Of a stretch of 64,000 nucleotides of DNA, positions 35,605 through 47,517 are shown one piece after another. The stretch spans positions 1-64,000 of the forward strand of contig JALDZS010000006.1 of NCBI GenBank assembly GCA_022813965.1. Reading direction: 5' to 3'. This stretch comes from Toensbergia leucococca (lineage: Eukaryota). The notes under the pieces were generated by a model. That model worked only from the letters and a program-made list of their open reading frames with translations. It did no database searches and had not been told where the DNA came from. Position 1 is the stretch's first letter. The number at the start of each line of letters is the position of its first letter. The translations under genes were made by a program, and so were the position numbers.

Positions 35605-38257
35605 ATGAGTACTCCGAAATGTATTGTTTTGGTGGCAAACTTGGAGCACTGGCGGATCTCAGCTAACCCCCAGATTTTATAGGCTGTCAGGGTTCGGGAT
35701 AGTCCAAACGATACCATAATAAGCCTCCGCAGCTACCACGCCAGCAACAAATGTCTAAAGGAAGCCCAAGATGGAACCGAAGAGCTGTCTAGATGTTGCT
35801 CAAGGAAACAAAGTCCTGTAGTGATCTTTTGGACTTATTCACTCACAAAGATACATATTTCCAAGGGACCATTGCTGCAGATCCCGTGGATTCTCCGGCT
35901 GATTGTTGAATTTGATCAACAACGAAGTGATCACGATTCCCGAGGTGAGCAGATCTACTGCAAAGATATCGAGCTATAGGTGCCGTCATTGTCGACTTTG
36001 AATCAGCAGTCACTGAGGATAAATCAATCTCAAACCTCTGCCACAGCATAATCTCGAACCTGCTGGAGACGGAGGAGCTTTTAAAGACCTCTCCAAAAGC
36101 CATGCGTGTCCTTCGAGGAGTTCCATCCCGTCACGAAAGAAATCGCATCGCTTTAAGTGTCTTTTTCCTGTCTTTTAAAAGACTACTCCTGCGTTTGTGA
36201 AATGAAGCCTATCCGAATTTTCTTGTGTCTTTCAATCCCTTCTGCTGCCTTTGCAAAGGATGTCGAACGTTGTGCTATTTTCACGCTGGCTACTGGCGCC
36301 AGAGGCATTGTTGTCGTGGCTAGATGCTTTGTTGTTGTAGCGAGTGCCACTCATGTGAAGAGGTTGTCTTGGAGATGAAATGCTACTTTTCTGCTTTGTG
36401 CTTCTTTCATGTGTTAAGATTTGGAGGTTGGGTGCTTTGAGGGATTCGAGGAGGGTGAGTGGTAGACCTCGAGGAATCGAGCGGGCAAAAGTATCAGCAC
36501 AGTCGAAGAAGAGTAAGGCCTTGCCGCCCTGATCGAAAGCTTTTAGCCCATCAGCAACTCGGAAAAAATGGACATTCAAGGAAGCCAATAATCACCTCAG
36601 AGCTCGAGATGGTGAACAGTGATGTTACCGTCGGCTTTCATAGTGAAGATATTGCTCACTCAAGATACCGGACTTCCATACCACAGAGTCAAAATAGCGT
36701 TTCGATAACGAAACAGAATTTTCCGCAAGACACGGGCGGAATAGAGATCAGTCAGGTTTGTCGAAACATAAACATCATGGCGCCATGCTAATCACATCTT
36801 GCCTTATAGAAAAAAGATCATGAGCTTGTGAAAAACACGAGGAAGAATGTTGTGAAAGTAATAGGAGTGGTTGTGAGTCGAAGTTGTGTGGCGCGTGACT
36901 CAAATCACTGAAAGGGACGAAAGCTTAGCGAAAATTTGTCTCCACCTAACTCTGGTGTTAATAGATGAAAGTTTGTTGAAGTACGCGTTTGATGATGCTT
37001 ACTTACGCGTCGGATTAGGAAGGCACCTCAGCGAAAGGGTATCCCCAGAAGAAATAACATTATATCTTCATGGGAGTCGGCTCAGCTTCTTAGCTGACAC
37101 TGACTCCGGTGAAAGCCATGTGGTTGAGGTGACTGAGCCCCAAGATCTGGGACAGTGAAAGTAGCATTGTGCTTGCGTATTCAAGCTCCATGGTGGTAGC
37201 TAAGAGCCTAGCAAAGGTCTGAGATTAGCAATCTCGCAAGTGGATTCTCTATTGTGGAGATACTCACTCGAAAGCTCTTTCGTCGACACTATTACCGCTT
37301 CACGATAGTGGATGAAACCACGAGAGCGAAACTCATACAAATTAGATGTCGATGTCAAGGGCTAGGAAGAGTCGGCCTCGAAAGACGAAGAAGATTACAG
37401 CAGCAACTCTGGATACTGCATAGCAGAGGAGCAGAGTCGATCATACGAAGAATGATTCAAGTAAGTAACGAGACGATGCATTGAGACGATTGACTTCGGA
37501 AATAGAATTAAAGTGTAAGCGAAAGGGATAGAGTAAAGGCTGGGTAAGGTAAACTTTGTTGGTGTGGCGATGATAAAACTAATATCTATGAGTAGATCCT
37601 GAACTATGACACTCGGCATACTACAATCAAGTTGGGTCAAGGAAATATCTTGAGGTTTGGATGCAAGAAGCAGTCTTGTTTGGATGTGTCGAAAAGTTGG
37701 TGGTCCTGCGTGCAGCAAGCTGATCAAATAGTCGTGGATCCCACTTGATGAATGTTTCTGCCACGCTTCACCATAGCAACAACGACTTCATGGCCCTCAT
37801 CATTGGCATTGAAGCAGGCCTTCGTAACATGAAGCTATTCACCTGGTCGATTACGAGAATGCGAGTATGCGAGTACGAGTCAGTGACGAATTATGCTCAT
37901 TCTTCGCCAGAAGTCCTCTCTCTATCCCCATCAGCAATCCCTGAGATCTTTGCCGCTTTTGATGGGTTGCTCAAGGTACCCACCGAGACTCCAGAACAAT
38001 GGTGGGAGTTGACGGTCAGTAAGGTAGAATAAGGAAGATAAAAAGTAAGAAAATAGGGGTGTCAGCCCTAGTCGGCGACGCGGCTTCTGTACGGGCCGAC
38101 CCTTCATAAATATCGACGACACGACTCTCCCAAGCTTACACATACACGGCAAGCAATACTTAGCTTTTAGAACCGCAACAACATGTTAATCTCAAATCCA
38201 TAAGCTCTGTTTCTAGCTACACCTCACAGTAAGGAGTTCACCAGCAGCGCTTATTCC

Positions 38258-39886
38258 ATGACTCTCTCCCAAATCCTAAATCCCGCCCCGACAAGCCACC
38301 TCGAAGTCCTCAACCAATACCAGATCCAATATGCCGCTTCCATTGAATCAGGAGAAACTGTCCGATGGGTATACCCCTACACATCCTTCGGCCCCTTTCT
38401 CTTAATCCTCTACCTTCTACTCCCGCCCTCAAAATCAAAAATCATTCACCATGCAAGATATCCTCTCTTTGCCATAATCACCTACCTATCCGTCGACATC
38501 ATCCGAGAATGCCGGACCGACGGCATCGCCATGAGCTACGGCATTGGGCTCATCAGTGCATGGGGTGTGTTGTGGTCCGCCACTTTGATCATTTTCAACG
38601 ACGCTCGCAACGATTTCCAGAGGATAGAGCGGAAAGAGCTAGATGGAGACAATGATAAACACACAGGAGACTTTGTAAAAGAAGATGATAGCCACAGCAA
38701 GACAAGCAGCAGAATCGCGTCCCAAGACCAGAAACTGCACAAACGCCACTCAGACGGACACGCCTCGACCAAAGAACCAAAACACTCTCCCCAATCCCTC
38801 AATCAAACATCCAAACACAAAACCACCCCCCTACTCCGCCCCTTCTACTGGCAACCCCTCCCCCCCACCCTCCTCGCCCGCATCTCCTGGATCACCGACC
38901 TATGCACCAATTTCCGCGGCACAGGCTGGACCTACCAAATCTCCTCCCTCCCCCCCGCTCCCCCCACAACCACCACACCAACCCAAACCTCCCGCACCGG
39001 CACCACCACCTCCCCAACCCCCCGCCACCTCCTACTCACTTCCCTCCAAAACTTCGCCCTCAGCTACCTAGCCCTCGACATCTTAAAATACACCATGATG
39101 CTCGACCCCTACTTCTGGGGCCTCGCCTCCCAACCCCCACCCCCCTACCTTCCCAACACAATCCAACACTCCCCCGCCCTAACAAAAACCTACCGCCTCT
39201 TCCTCTCCCTCCTAGGCGTCCACACCCCCCTAACTCTAATCTTCACCCTCGCCCCCCTCTTCCTCCTCCTCCCGCACCCACTCCTCGGCCTCCGCTCCCA
39301 CCCCTTCCACTACCCCTCCGGCTACGGCTCCCCCAAACTCATCCCCACAAAAGGCCTCACCGGCTTCTGGGGCGGCTGGTGGCACCAGCTCTTCCGCTAC
39401 GCCTTCCAATCCGCCGGCGACTGGCTCGGCGACGGCCTGCTCGGGTGGGGCAAGCGCACGCGGCGCGGGGAGGTGCTGAGACTGATCGTCGCGTTCGCTT
39501 GCAGTGCTTGCTTGCATGCTTGCGGGAGCTACACGATGCCTGGACCTTCGTCGCCGGTGTGGGGCTCGGGTCTCTTTTTCCTGCTGCAGCCGGTTGGGAT
39601 CTTGATACAGCAAGCCGGCGTGCAGGGACTAGAGGCTACGGGACTGAGGAAGCGGTTACCGGCGTGGGTGCGAGGGGTGGGCAATGTGGTGTTTGTGGGC
39701 ATTTGGCTTTTTTTGGTGGGGGGATTGTTTATGGATGATATTGCGAGGGCGGGGATTTGGCTGATGGAGCCTGTGCCTTTTAGTATTTTGGCGTGGGTGA
39801 GGGGGGAGAGGGTTTGGAGGTGGGGGGGTGTATTTGGGGGGCTGTATTTTGAGGAGAGGTGGTGGAGGTGTGGGTGGGCTTTTTGA
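38258..39886 (+). CDS. Membrane-bound O-acyltransferase (wax synthase / Tri7-like MBOAT_2 family), 542 aa, intronless
   Basis: Multiple TM segments, NFRGTGW, GFWGGWWHQLFR and AFACSACLHA (catalytic His region), FFLLQPVGI. Confidence 0.85.
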   Translation: MTLSQILNPAPTSHLEVLNQYQIQYAASIESGETVRWVYPYTSFGPFLLILYLLLPPSKSKIIHHARYPLFAIITYLSVDIIRECRTDGIAMSYGIGLISAWGVLWSATLIIFNDARNDFQRIERKELDGDNDKHTGDFVKEDDSHSKTSSRIASQDQKLHKRHSDGHASTKEPKHSPQSLNQTSKHKTTPLLRPFYWQPLPPTLLARISWITDLCTNFRGTGWTYQISSLPPAPPTTTTPTQTSRTGTTTSPTPRHLLLTSLQNFALSYLALDILKYTMMLDPYFWGLASQPPPPYLPNTIQHSPALTKTYRLFLSLLGVHTPLTLIFTLAPLFLLLPHPLLGLRSHPFHYPSGYGSPKLIPTKGLTGFWGGWWHQLFRYAFQSAGDWLGDGLLGWGKRTRRGEVLRLIVAFACSACLHACGSYTMPGPSSPVWGSGLFFLLQPVGILIQQAGVQGLEATGLRKRLPAWVRGVGNVVFVGIWLFLVGGLFMDDIARAGIWLMEPVPFSILAWVRGERVWRWGGVFGGLYFEERWWRCGWAF

Positions 39887-40345
39887 GGGGTCCCGGGGGG
39901 GGGGAGACTTTGGTAGGGAGAGATGGTGGGTTTTCTCTGCACTTGGGGTGTTGGTTCACTTGTGATGAACTTGGAGATCTTGCATTCCTTCTTTTTCTGA
40001 GCTCGGGCGACTCTTGGTCGGGATTAGGGATGATAATTGTATTAAGATACTCCAAATATTTGACATTCGTACACGGTACCAATCTTTCTGCTCCGCACAC
40101 GCCTCTATCACAAACACCCTTGTCCTCTTTGTTCAAATACCCACTCTCCGTAGCTGCCACCCCCACAAGCAGACGGACAAAACTACGCGACTGGGTAACA
40201 TGAAAGAACCGAGCCCCCCCCCCAGTAAAGCCCATGCAATAGAAACGCCAGGGGGGCTCGAGATGGTACGAATCTCACAAATCACCCTCCCATCACCCAT
40301 CCCCCCCCAACATCCCTAACCCCAGCCCTCCGCATCTTCGATCTT

Positions 40346-43048
40346 TCAGTCCTCGTCCTCGACCTCATCCCCATCTTCTCCCTCATCAGTATCAGACTCC
40401 AGATCAATAGTCGGAACCACAAATTCCTCATCGTCGCTATCGAGAGGATCGATGACCGATATCGCCACAGCTGCGGATGTCGTCTCTGCGACTGCGGGAC
40501 TCGGCAGCTCGGTTGAGGAGGATGGTGCTGTTTTTTCGTTGGGGGGGGAGGGTAGGTTTTTGGTTTGAGAGGGGGGATTGGGGTGGGTTGTAGGGAGAGG
40601 TTGGGAACTGAGTATGGATGGAGCTGTGTTTGGCGGGGAGTCGAGACGGGGGCGCTTGGGGGCTGGGGATGGGGTTTGGGGGTCGAGGGTTTGGACAGGG
40701 GTGGTGGTGGGTAGGTGGAGAGGGATTTGGGGGGCGTCCGAGGTGGCGTTGTCGAGGGTTCGTTTGTTGGGATTGTGAAGTGCGCTGAGATCTACGTGAG
40801 ATGATATCTGAGCTTCTTCGTTTGCGGGAATCTCAGCAACGGGTTCCAGGGCGGATCTCCTTGATGGCTCGTAGTCATTGGCATTTAGTTCCAATGAGTT
40901 CACTTTGGCTCCAGCATCCTCGCCACTACCAGAATCCTGGCCCGGTTCCAGCCCATCCTCCTCCTCCTCCTCCTCATCAGACACAATCTCTCCGTTCTCA
41001 TTGCGCCGAGGTTGCAAAATAGGCATTCTTGGACGAATCAACGCTTCGACTTCTAGAGTATCTGAAAAACTTCTTGCTAGGAATGGCATGATACTATTTG
41101 AAGCTTTCGCCCCTTTCCGTTTGGCTGCAGGATTCATTATACTTGCTAGCATTGCCTCCCTGTTTTGAGTGAGAATTGCGGTTCGATCAATTTGGCTTCG
41201 TAGTGAGTCTGATAGGTGCCCGTGTGGGATTTTTGATAGAGTCAAAGGCAGGAGCGCTGCTGCTGCTGCCTGGACATCTGTGGCGGTACGAGGTACTGCT
41301 ACATCCTTGCTAGAAGACTTTAGATATGAGTCTGCATTGTTAGATGATCCTCCATTGCTTGTTGCCTTTTGGGTTGTAGATGCTGATGCTGGAATAGTAC
41401 TTTCTTGAATTTTCGGAGACGGCAAAAGGTCATTGCAGCAGGACTTTATTAATGTCGAAAGCTGTGTACTCATAGATCGAGGTAAGCTTGGGCCGAATAG
41501 GCAGAGCATTTGTTTCACAACTCTATAGCTAGAGTTCCGAATATCATCGTCTACCCGCTCGGCCTGAAACACCCAGAGAAGCTGATCAAAGACACCGTAA
41601 CATAATGGTGCGAAAGCTTTTCCTAAACGGGAGATCATGAGCAGAAATATTTCCAAGGCCGAGACATGGATTCGAGGCAGTCCGGCGAAGAGACCCTCAC
41701 GCTCATCTCTTCCTATTTCGGGATTGATGCGAGGCCAATTGTCGTGACCATTTGCTCCTGCCTTCGATGGCGGGAGGATTGAAAGCATCCTACTTATCAT
41801 ATCTACGATGATCCCAACAGGTAAAATCACTGATGACGAGGTTGGCATGGCTATGAAGACCTGTACAGCATCCAGTAAACCAGTAAGTCTTTCCACTCCG
41901 GCATATACTCCTGTCCAGCTGGGCAAAGCCATGGGGTTATTGCCGTCGTCACTTAAAATTGCCTGAAAGGGCTTCGAATTTGCGACATTAGTTGATGGTC
42001 GATCCGATGAAGATTCCCAGTCTTCAAATATCGCTCGGAACACCTGGTCTGCTGTTCTGTGAACGGTGTCGATCACGGTCCGCAATGATTTGCGCCATTC
42101 TTCGCTAGCAGTATTCTTTGGTGCGCAATAGTGTAGAAGAACAAACAAGCGCTGACCATCTACAATAACAGAATCCGCTGGAGCCTCATACTCTATGTCT
42201 GGACTTTCTGAGGAGTGTTCTGATAATAGACTCGACGGAGTCGGTGCTATGAGAGGCAGAATTAAATCTCGAATTTGAGCCACGAACGGGCGGAAAGACG
42301 TTGGATGATGGGGTAGCAATTCTATCAAGGCTTCCAACGCAATTGGGAGCAGTGGACTATGAATATTTGGCTCCCGTCCGTCGTGTGTTGATGCTCGCCG
42401 ACTATCCAAATTCAGGCAAGAATTGATGAAAGTAGGTAGTGACGGTGTTGTTATTTCCCTGACCAGAGTTTGATGGTCATGAGTGAGCAGAAAGATTTTT
42501 GTCAGAAGAATTATGCAAAGTTTCTTCGTCGTTGGGGGATCAGGTTTCTACCGAATAGCAATATCAGCATATGAATCTGGCAACATCAGCTCAATTCTAT
42601 CTTCGATGTAGAGTGAGTTTATCCATGTAAGTGTCAATTGCGGTAATCTAGTGAGATGGATATTCTCATGACGCTGGCAAGAATAACAACCTACTCCAAG
42701 TATCCCGAACAAGCCTCGAACCCATGCACCAGTCCCGCGCAGAACTTCCCACCCCCCAACTTCAACTGTGGCTTTGATTAAAACAATGGATGCCCACCTC
42801 GATTCTTTACTTTTATCTTGTAGGAGAGTAGAGATTTGAGTTTTATATTTATGTACAAGAATTGCGGCTTCAGACCCATCTTTTGTATGACCTTGGTTCT
42901 CCGGTGCTGATAGAATATCGCCACACGTAGAGACTGTATTGGCTAAATATTGCACAACTTGTGGAAGCTGCTTCGTAGGTGTGGATGTGAGACGCTGGGT
43001 GACTGCACGGAGTGGATTGAGCGGCTGGTTTGCGCCTCGAGGAACCAT
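40346..43048 (-). CDS. RIX1: Pre-rRNA processing protein Rix1 (PELP1 family), 2 exons, ~851 aa
   Basis: HKYKTQISTLLQDK..SRWASIVLIKATVE, TLVREITTPSLP.F, HPTSFRPF and an acidic C-terminus. Intron 42694-42548 joins the exons in frame. Confidence 0.88.
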
Positions 43049-43346
43049 GACTTGGAAACGTCGAGAATGACCAGGATCAGGATGAAAGCATAGTATCTGT
43101 TCCTTTAGATGTCTCTCTCTTGAGGATTGATGCCTTGACGCAATTCAATGAGCTGGGACCTGTTTGGTGAGATCCTGCCAATTCCAATGTTCGTTGTGGA
43201 CTGAACGAAAATTACACAATGACGTCTTAGCTCTCTCGTTAACTTTCAATACACGTAGAATTCAATGCTTGCGATGGCTCAAATTTATACAGACGAGACA
43301 GAGTAGACTTGTCAATATATCGCGGCCGTTGAGCGTCTGTAGGGCC

Positions 43347-46300
43347 ATGTTAAGTGTCAGTCACAACCCCAGAAATACTGCTGCCACTGCCCGTGAGGGG
43401 TGTATAGCTATAGAGGACCTGGAATATCTGAAGCTAATTTGACAAGTAGCACCGAGAGCCAGACAAAGCTCGACGCTATCTCGACCTTCTGGATACTGCT
43501 CGTTGTAATTCCCATTGGAAGGACGTCCCGGAGTTGGTCAGGAAGATTAAGAAGCATGCTCCACAACGGAAATGTAAGTAGGGTTAAAGAATGCGCAAAT
43601 AAGTCGGGACTCTGAACTCATGCTGACTTTATTTACAATAGGTCTTACTCTCACTGCGCAATCGGAATACCATGTTGCTTTTCGACCAGTGAACCCGATC
43701 AAAATTCCATCCCCAACTACATCAACTGATTTGCCTCAACTGATACCTCCGCTTCTGACTGCTGTTGATAATGAGGAGATTTTCCCCGAGGATGCCTTTC
43801 AAGCCTCAGTGTGCTTGGGCTGGGTACATTGGACCATTGGAGAGCCCGGCTTAGCAATCTCAAGACTACCTACCGACTTTGGACAGGCTTCCAATCGCTT
43901 GACCAAGGACGGAACATCACTGGCAGACTGGACACATGTATGCATAATCAAAGGCGCATACCTTCGTGGTCAGTAAGACTCTCGGTGCCTCCCGAATGCT
44001 TGTCATTTGTCTTAATTTATTCAGGTGCTTCGCAAGAGCTGGTGGGTAATTACTGGGACGCCGCATACACTTATCACTCGGTTCTGCCATATATATCTAC
44101 CGCGACTTTGACAAGCAACAACAGTCCTGAGCACCGTATGTGGACAGAGCGCCTGTTGACTCACCATTGCATGCTCTCTAGCCGACGGATCGCTGTGCAG
44201 GAAAGAACATTTAAAGAACCAAATAACTTTACATCTCTATCAACACCTTCATCAAAGATTGCGCCTTTTCGTGCTTGGGCAAGGTTCTGGGAAGGCAGAC
44301 CTAGCCAGGGTTTTCTTAAGATTGATGGATCGGAATCTCAGGACGGTCCGCCGAGGCGGCTCGTGTGGCGAGCTTACTACGATTCTCTTTCTATGCTACT
44401 GCAACAAAATACTCCATATCCCCCATTCTCTGATCTATCGACCTCTAGTCAAAGCTCTTCATCTTCAAGCCTGCCTTCTAATCTAAGAATACAGCAGAGC
44501 GTTGAATTGAAACGTGTTGAGGCTACTTATGAGGGTTTTCTACTCAGAGAGATTCCTTTCCCCAAAGCGCACGAAGCTAATGTTGAAATCGAGCGCTGGG
44601 TAAGCCAAGTGATGACTAATTGGAGAATACTGTGTGGGCCATCTTGGAGAGACGAGGAGCTAGAACAAGGAGGGCAAGAAGCTACAGGGCGGAGAGTCTT
44701 GGATGTATGATTACTGAACTCCCACCTTTTATTACTGTGTAAGTGGAATTTCTAAAAATTCGATCATAGATCCTCTATCGTGCGGCTACGAAAAGCTTCC
44801 ATTCAACTCCAATTCTCCGCCATCTCTTCACCGTGCATGTATCGCTAGCCGAATTTGACCTTGCCGACCAAGCCCTACGTTCCTATCTCGAAATTGTTAC
44901 AAAGAGCAAGGCTCGCGTAGAGAAGACTGGAGAGAAGGAGCAAGGGCTGGACGATGATGAAAATGTTGTACGGACTGCTGCAGAGGGAATCAAGGTCTTA
45001 TGCACTTTCGGCCGTCTAGAAGAAGCACAGAAGGCTCAAGATCTAGCGGTCCTTGTAAAAAAGTGGGTTCGGAGGCATGACCCCGATTCCCCGCAGACTT
45101 CAACCCATTCTGAAGTCTCTTACGAGAATAAAGAACGGCAAACCGATGTCAAAGCTCCAGCAACAGTATCTCCAAAGGCTTTGGGGGCGGCATATCGAGC
45201 AATTGGTATCAGTCAGGCCCACTGGGCTCGCTGTACTCATGAGTCATTGCTGCGGCCGGAATTACAGAATGAAGCTATCTCAAACCTCCGCCAAGCGCTA
45301 AAGCCACAATACGACGATGAAGAGAGCGTTGAGACTCTTTACTCTCTTGCTTTAGTCCTCGCCGAAACTCGAGATGTAGATGGTGCGATTCAGATTGTGA
45401 AGAGAGCGTTGACCTCAGCAGAGCAGCGACCTAAAAATATGAACGGCTTTGAAAATCACAATGGGCCTGTTTCGCCACCAGAGGATTATAATGAGAGATC
45501 ACTGTTGAAGGTCTGGCACCTTTTAGCCCTACTGCTCAGTGCAAGGCAAGACTTTTCTACTTCGTCAACATCGTGCACTGCCGCTTTAGAGCCCTTTGAA
45601 ATTCGATCAATTTTGCTTGGAGACTCTCGAGCAAACCACCTGGTTGACGACATGGACTTGTACGAAAGGAAAACCCTCATAGAGATTATGATAACGCAAA
45701 TCGCCTTGGCTGAGATCGCGGATGGACCTGAGGAGGCCGTGAATGCCAGCGGCGAGCTTCTAGGCGTCTATGCAAAGCTCTTCGAAGTCTTCGAGACGGG
45801 AACCGAAGAGGGTCCTACTGCAGAGTCGACTTCGCAGCCATCTACCTCAGATGAGACCGTGAGGAGTCTTCGGGGAAGCATTTTCGGCCGTCCAAAGGGT
45901 GTAGGAGCGATCTCTGTAGCCCCAGTTGTGAAGGCGGGAAGCACTCCTCCTGGCTTGGTGCGCATACGAAGTTCGTCAAATATGATGACAAGAGCACCCA
46001 CTATCGAAATAACGAATATGGACGGTACTGCGCCCCTAAATGGGCCCAATCTTTCCGATCACCCCCAACCTCATAAACTACAAAAGCGTAATAGCAAAAA
46101 GAGCATGGGAAGTGTTCGTAGAGGCCGGCCGAGAAGCCCAAGTAGGCCATCTACGGCAAACACGGTGTCAAGCACAACACCCAGGAAATCTCAAAATGAG
46201 GACCGAACCACAGAAGATCAAAATCCAATTCAAAGTCAAGGCGACGGTACCCAAACTCATAAAAACCCGAATTCCACAACACCTCACGAAATGCTTCCAC

Positions 46301-47199
46301 CATCATTACCACCCAAGGCTCTCCACGACTCTCCTCCCTCAGCCTCGCGGGCCCTCCCTACATCCACCAACAACCCAAACCAATCCCACCATCCCACCGT
46401 ACCTTCCATCCAAGATATCCGCTTCCCAGACCCTATCCCTCAGAAAACCCCTTCCCCCCGCTTTCCCCCTACTCAACAGAACCGACATACACTTACCCTC
46501 CTTACAAAAATCTGGCTCCAAATCAGTTCCCTCTACCGCCGCGCATCCCTCTACCCAGACACCCACGCCGCCCTCGCAGAAGCAACAACCCAAGTCCGCC
46601 GCCTCGAATCCGCCGTCGCAAACACCGCCTCCAGCGCCCTCGCCTTCGCAACCCCAGGCTGGGGCAACCTCAAATCCATCGCCGAGCTCTGGGCCGACGT
46701 GCACGCCGAGCAAGGAAATCTGCACCGCGCCCTCTCGGCCCCGCACGCCGCAGCAGCGAGCTATGAAGAAGCCCTGTACCACTTCCCAGACCACCCGGCT
46801 GCCACTGTCGGCCTGGCCACCATCCTCCTGGACATTTACTCGCAAACGATCCCAGCAGACATCCCTCCACCCCTCCTCTCCACCCCGCCCATTACCTCCC
46901 CCCCCTCTTCTCCCTTCTCTGGCCCCCTCCTCGCCGCACCCCCCTCCTCCTCACCCATCCAATCTTCTTCCTCTCCCTCCCTCCTCGCAGCCCGTGACCG
47001 CGCTTACGGGCTTTTGTCCTCGCTGACCAAGTCTGGGCGTGGCTGGGACTGCAGCGAGGCGTGGTTTGCACTCGCGAGGGCGTATGAGTTGGGGGGGCAG
47101 GTGGATCGGGCGAGGGAGGCGCTGTGGTGGGTTGTTCGGTTGGAGGATGGGAGGCCGGTGAGGGGGTGGGAGTGTCTTGGGGCTGGGGGGTGTTTGTGA
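43347..47199 (+). CDS. YPP1: TPR-containing Ypp1/TTC7-like PI4-kinase complex scaffold (filamentation protein Rhf1-like), about 5 exons
   Basis: KARRYLDLLDTARC..WKDVPELVRKIKKHAP, ILYRAATKSFHSTPILRHLF, WHLLALLLSARQDF and GWDCSEAWFALARAYE. Introns near 43356-43449, 43574-43641, 43969-44024 and 44705-44769. Confidence 0.8.
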
Positions 47200-47517
47200 T
47201 GGCGGAGGATTGTAGTGGGTTTTACTGTTGTGTGCTTTAAGCTTGGTTTTTTTTGTAGGGTTTCGCGAGGGTTTGTTGGGAGGAAGTGGTGAGTTTGGTG
47301 GCTTTTGAGAGGGAAGATGAATCTGGTGAGCTGGATTGAGAAGAGAGAGGTTCAGTTTAATCCACTTCACGAGCGAGGCGTGAATAGAAGTCAGCCGAGT
47401 CGATTAACTAGCGATGGTGACTGCGATAATCCTCCCAAATTACAAAATTAGAAAGCGACCCAATTCCGCCCTCTACCCTTCAAGTCTTACACCACCGCCT
47501 CCCTCAGAAAACAAACC

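Larger units (their letters stand above)
15900..38100. other. Gene-poor accessory island of pseudogene and TE fragments (boundaries approximate)
   Basis: No intact recognisable gene in 22 kb; many reading frames broken by stops; TE fragment; local duplications; CpG-depleted patches. Flanks are dense in intact genes. Confidence 0.75.

Noticed and set aside
15900..38100. Starship captain (DUF3435 tyrosine recombinase) or terminal repeats at the island ends
   Set aside because: No recognisable recombinase motifs or matching end repeats found by eye, so the island is not called a Starship.
38071..38100. GTCGGC..GCCGAC hairpin next to CTAG as a Helitron end at the island right border
   Set aside because: Stem is only 6 bp, CTAG overlaps the stem, and the next base is not T.
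38902..39738. Long alternative-frame and antisense ORFs over MBOAT, YPP1 and SEC12 (also 46040-47026)
   Set aside because: Explained by stop-codon scarcity in the C- or G-skewed blocks; translations are low complexity.
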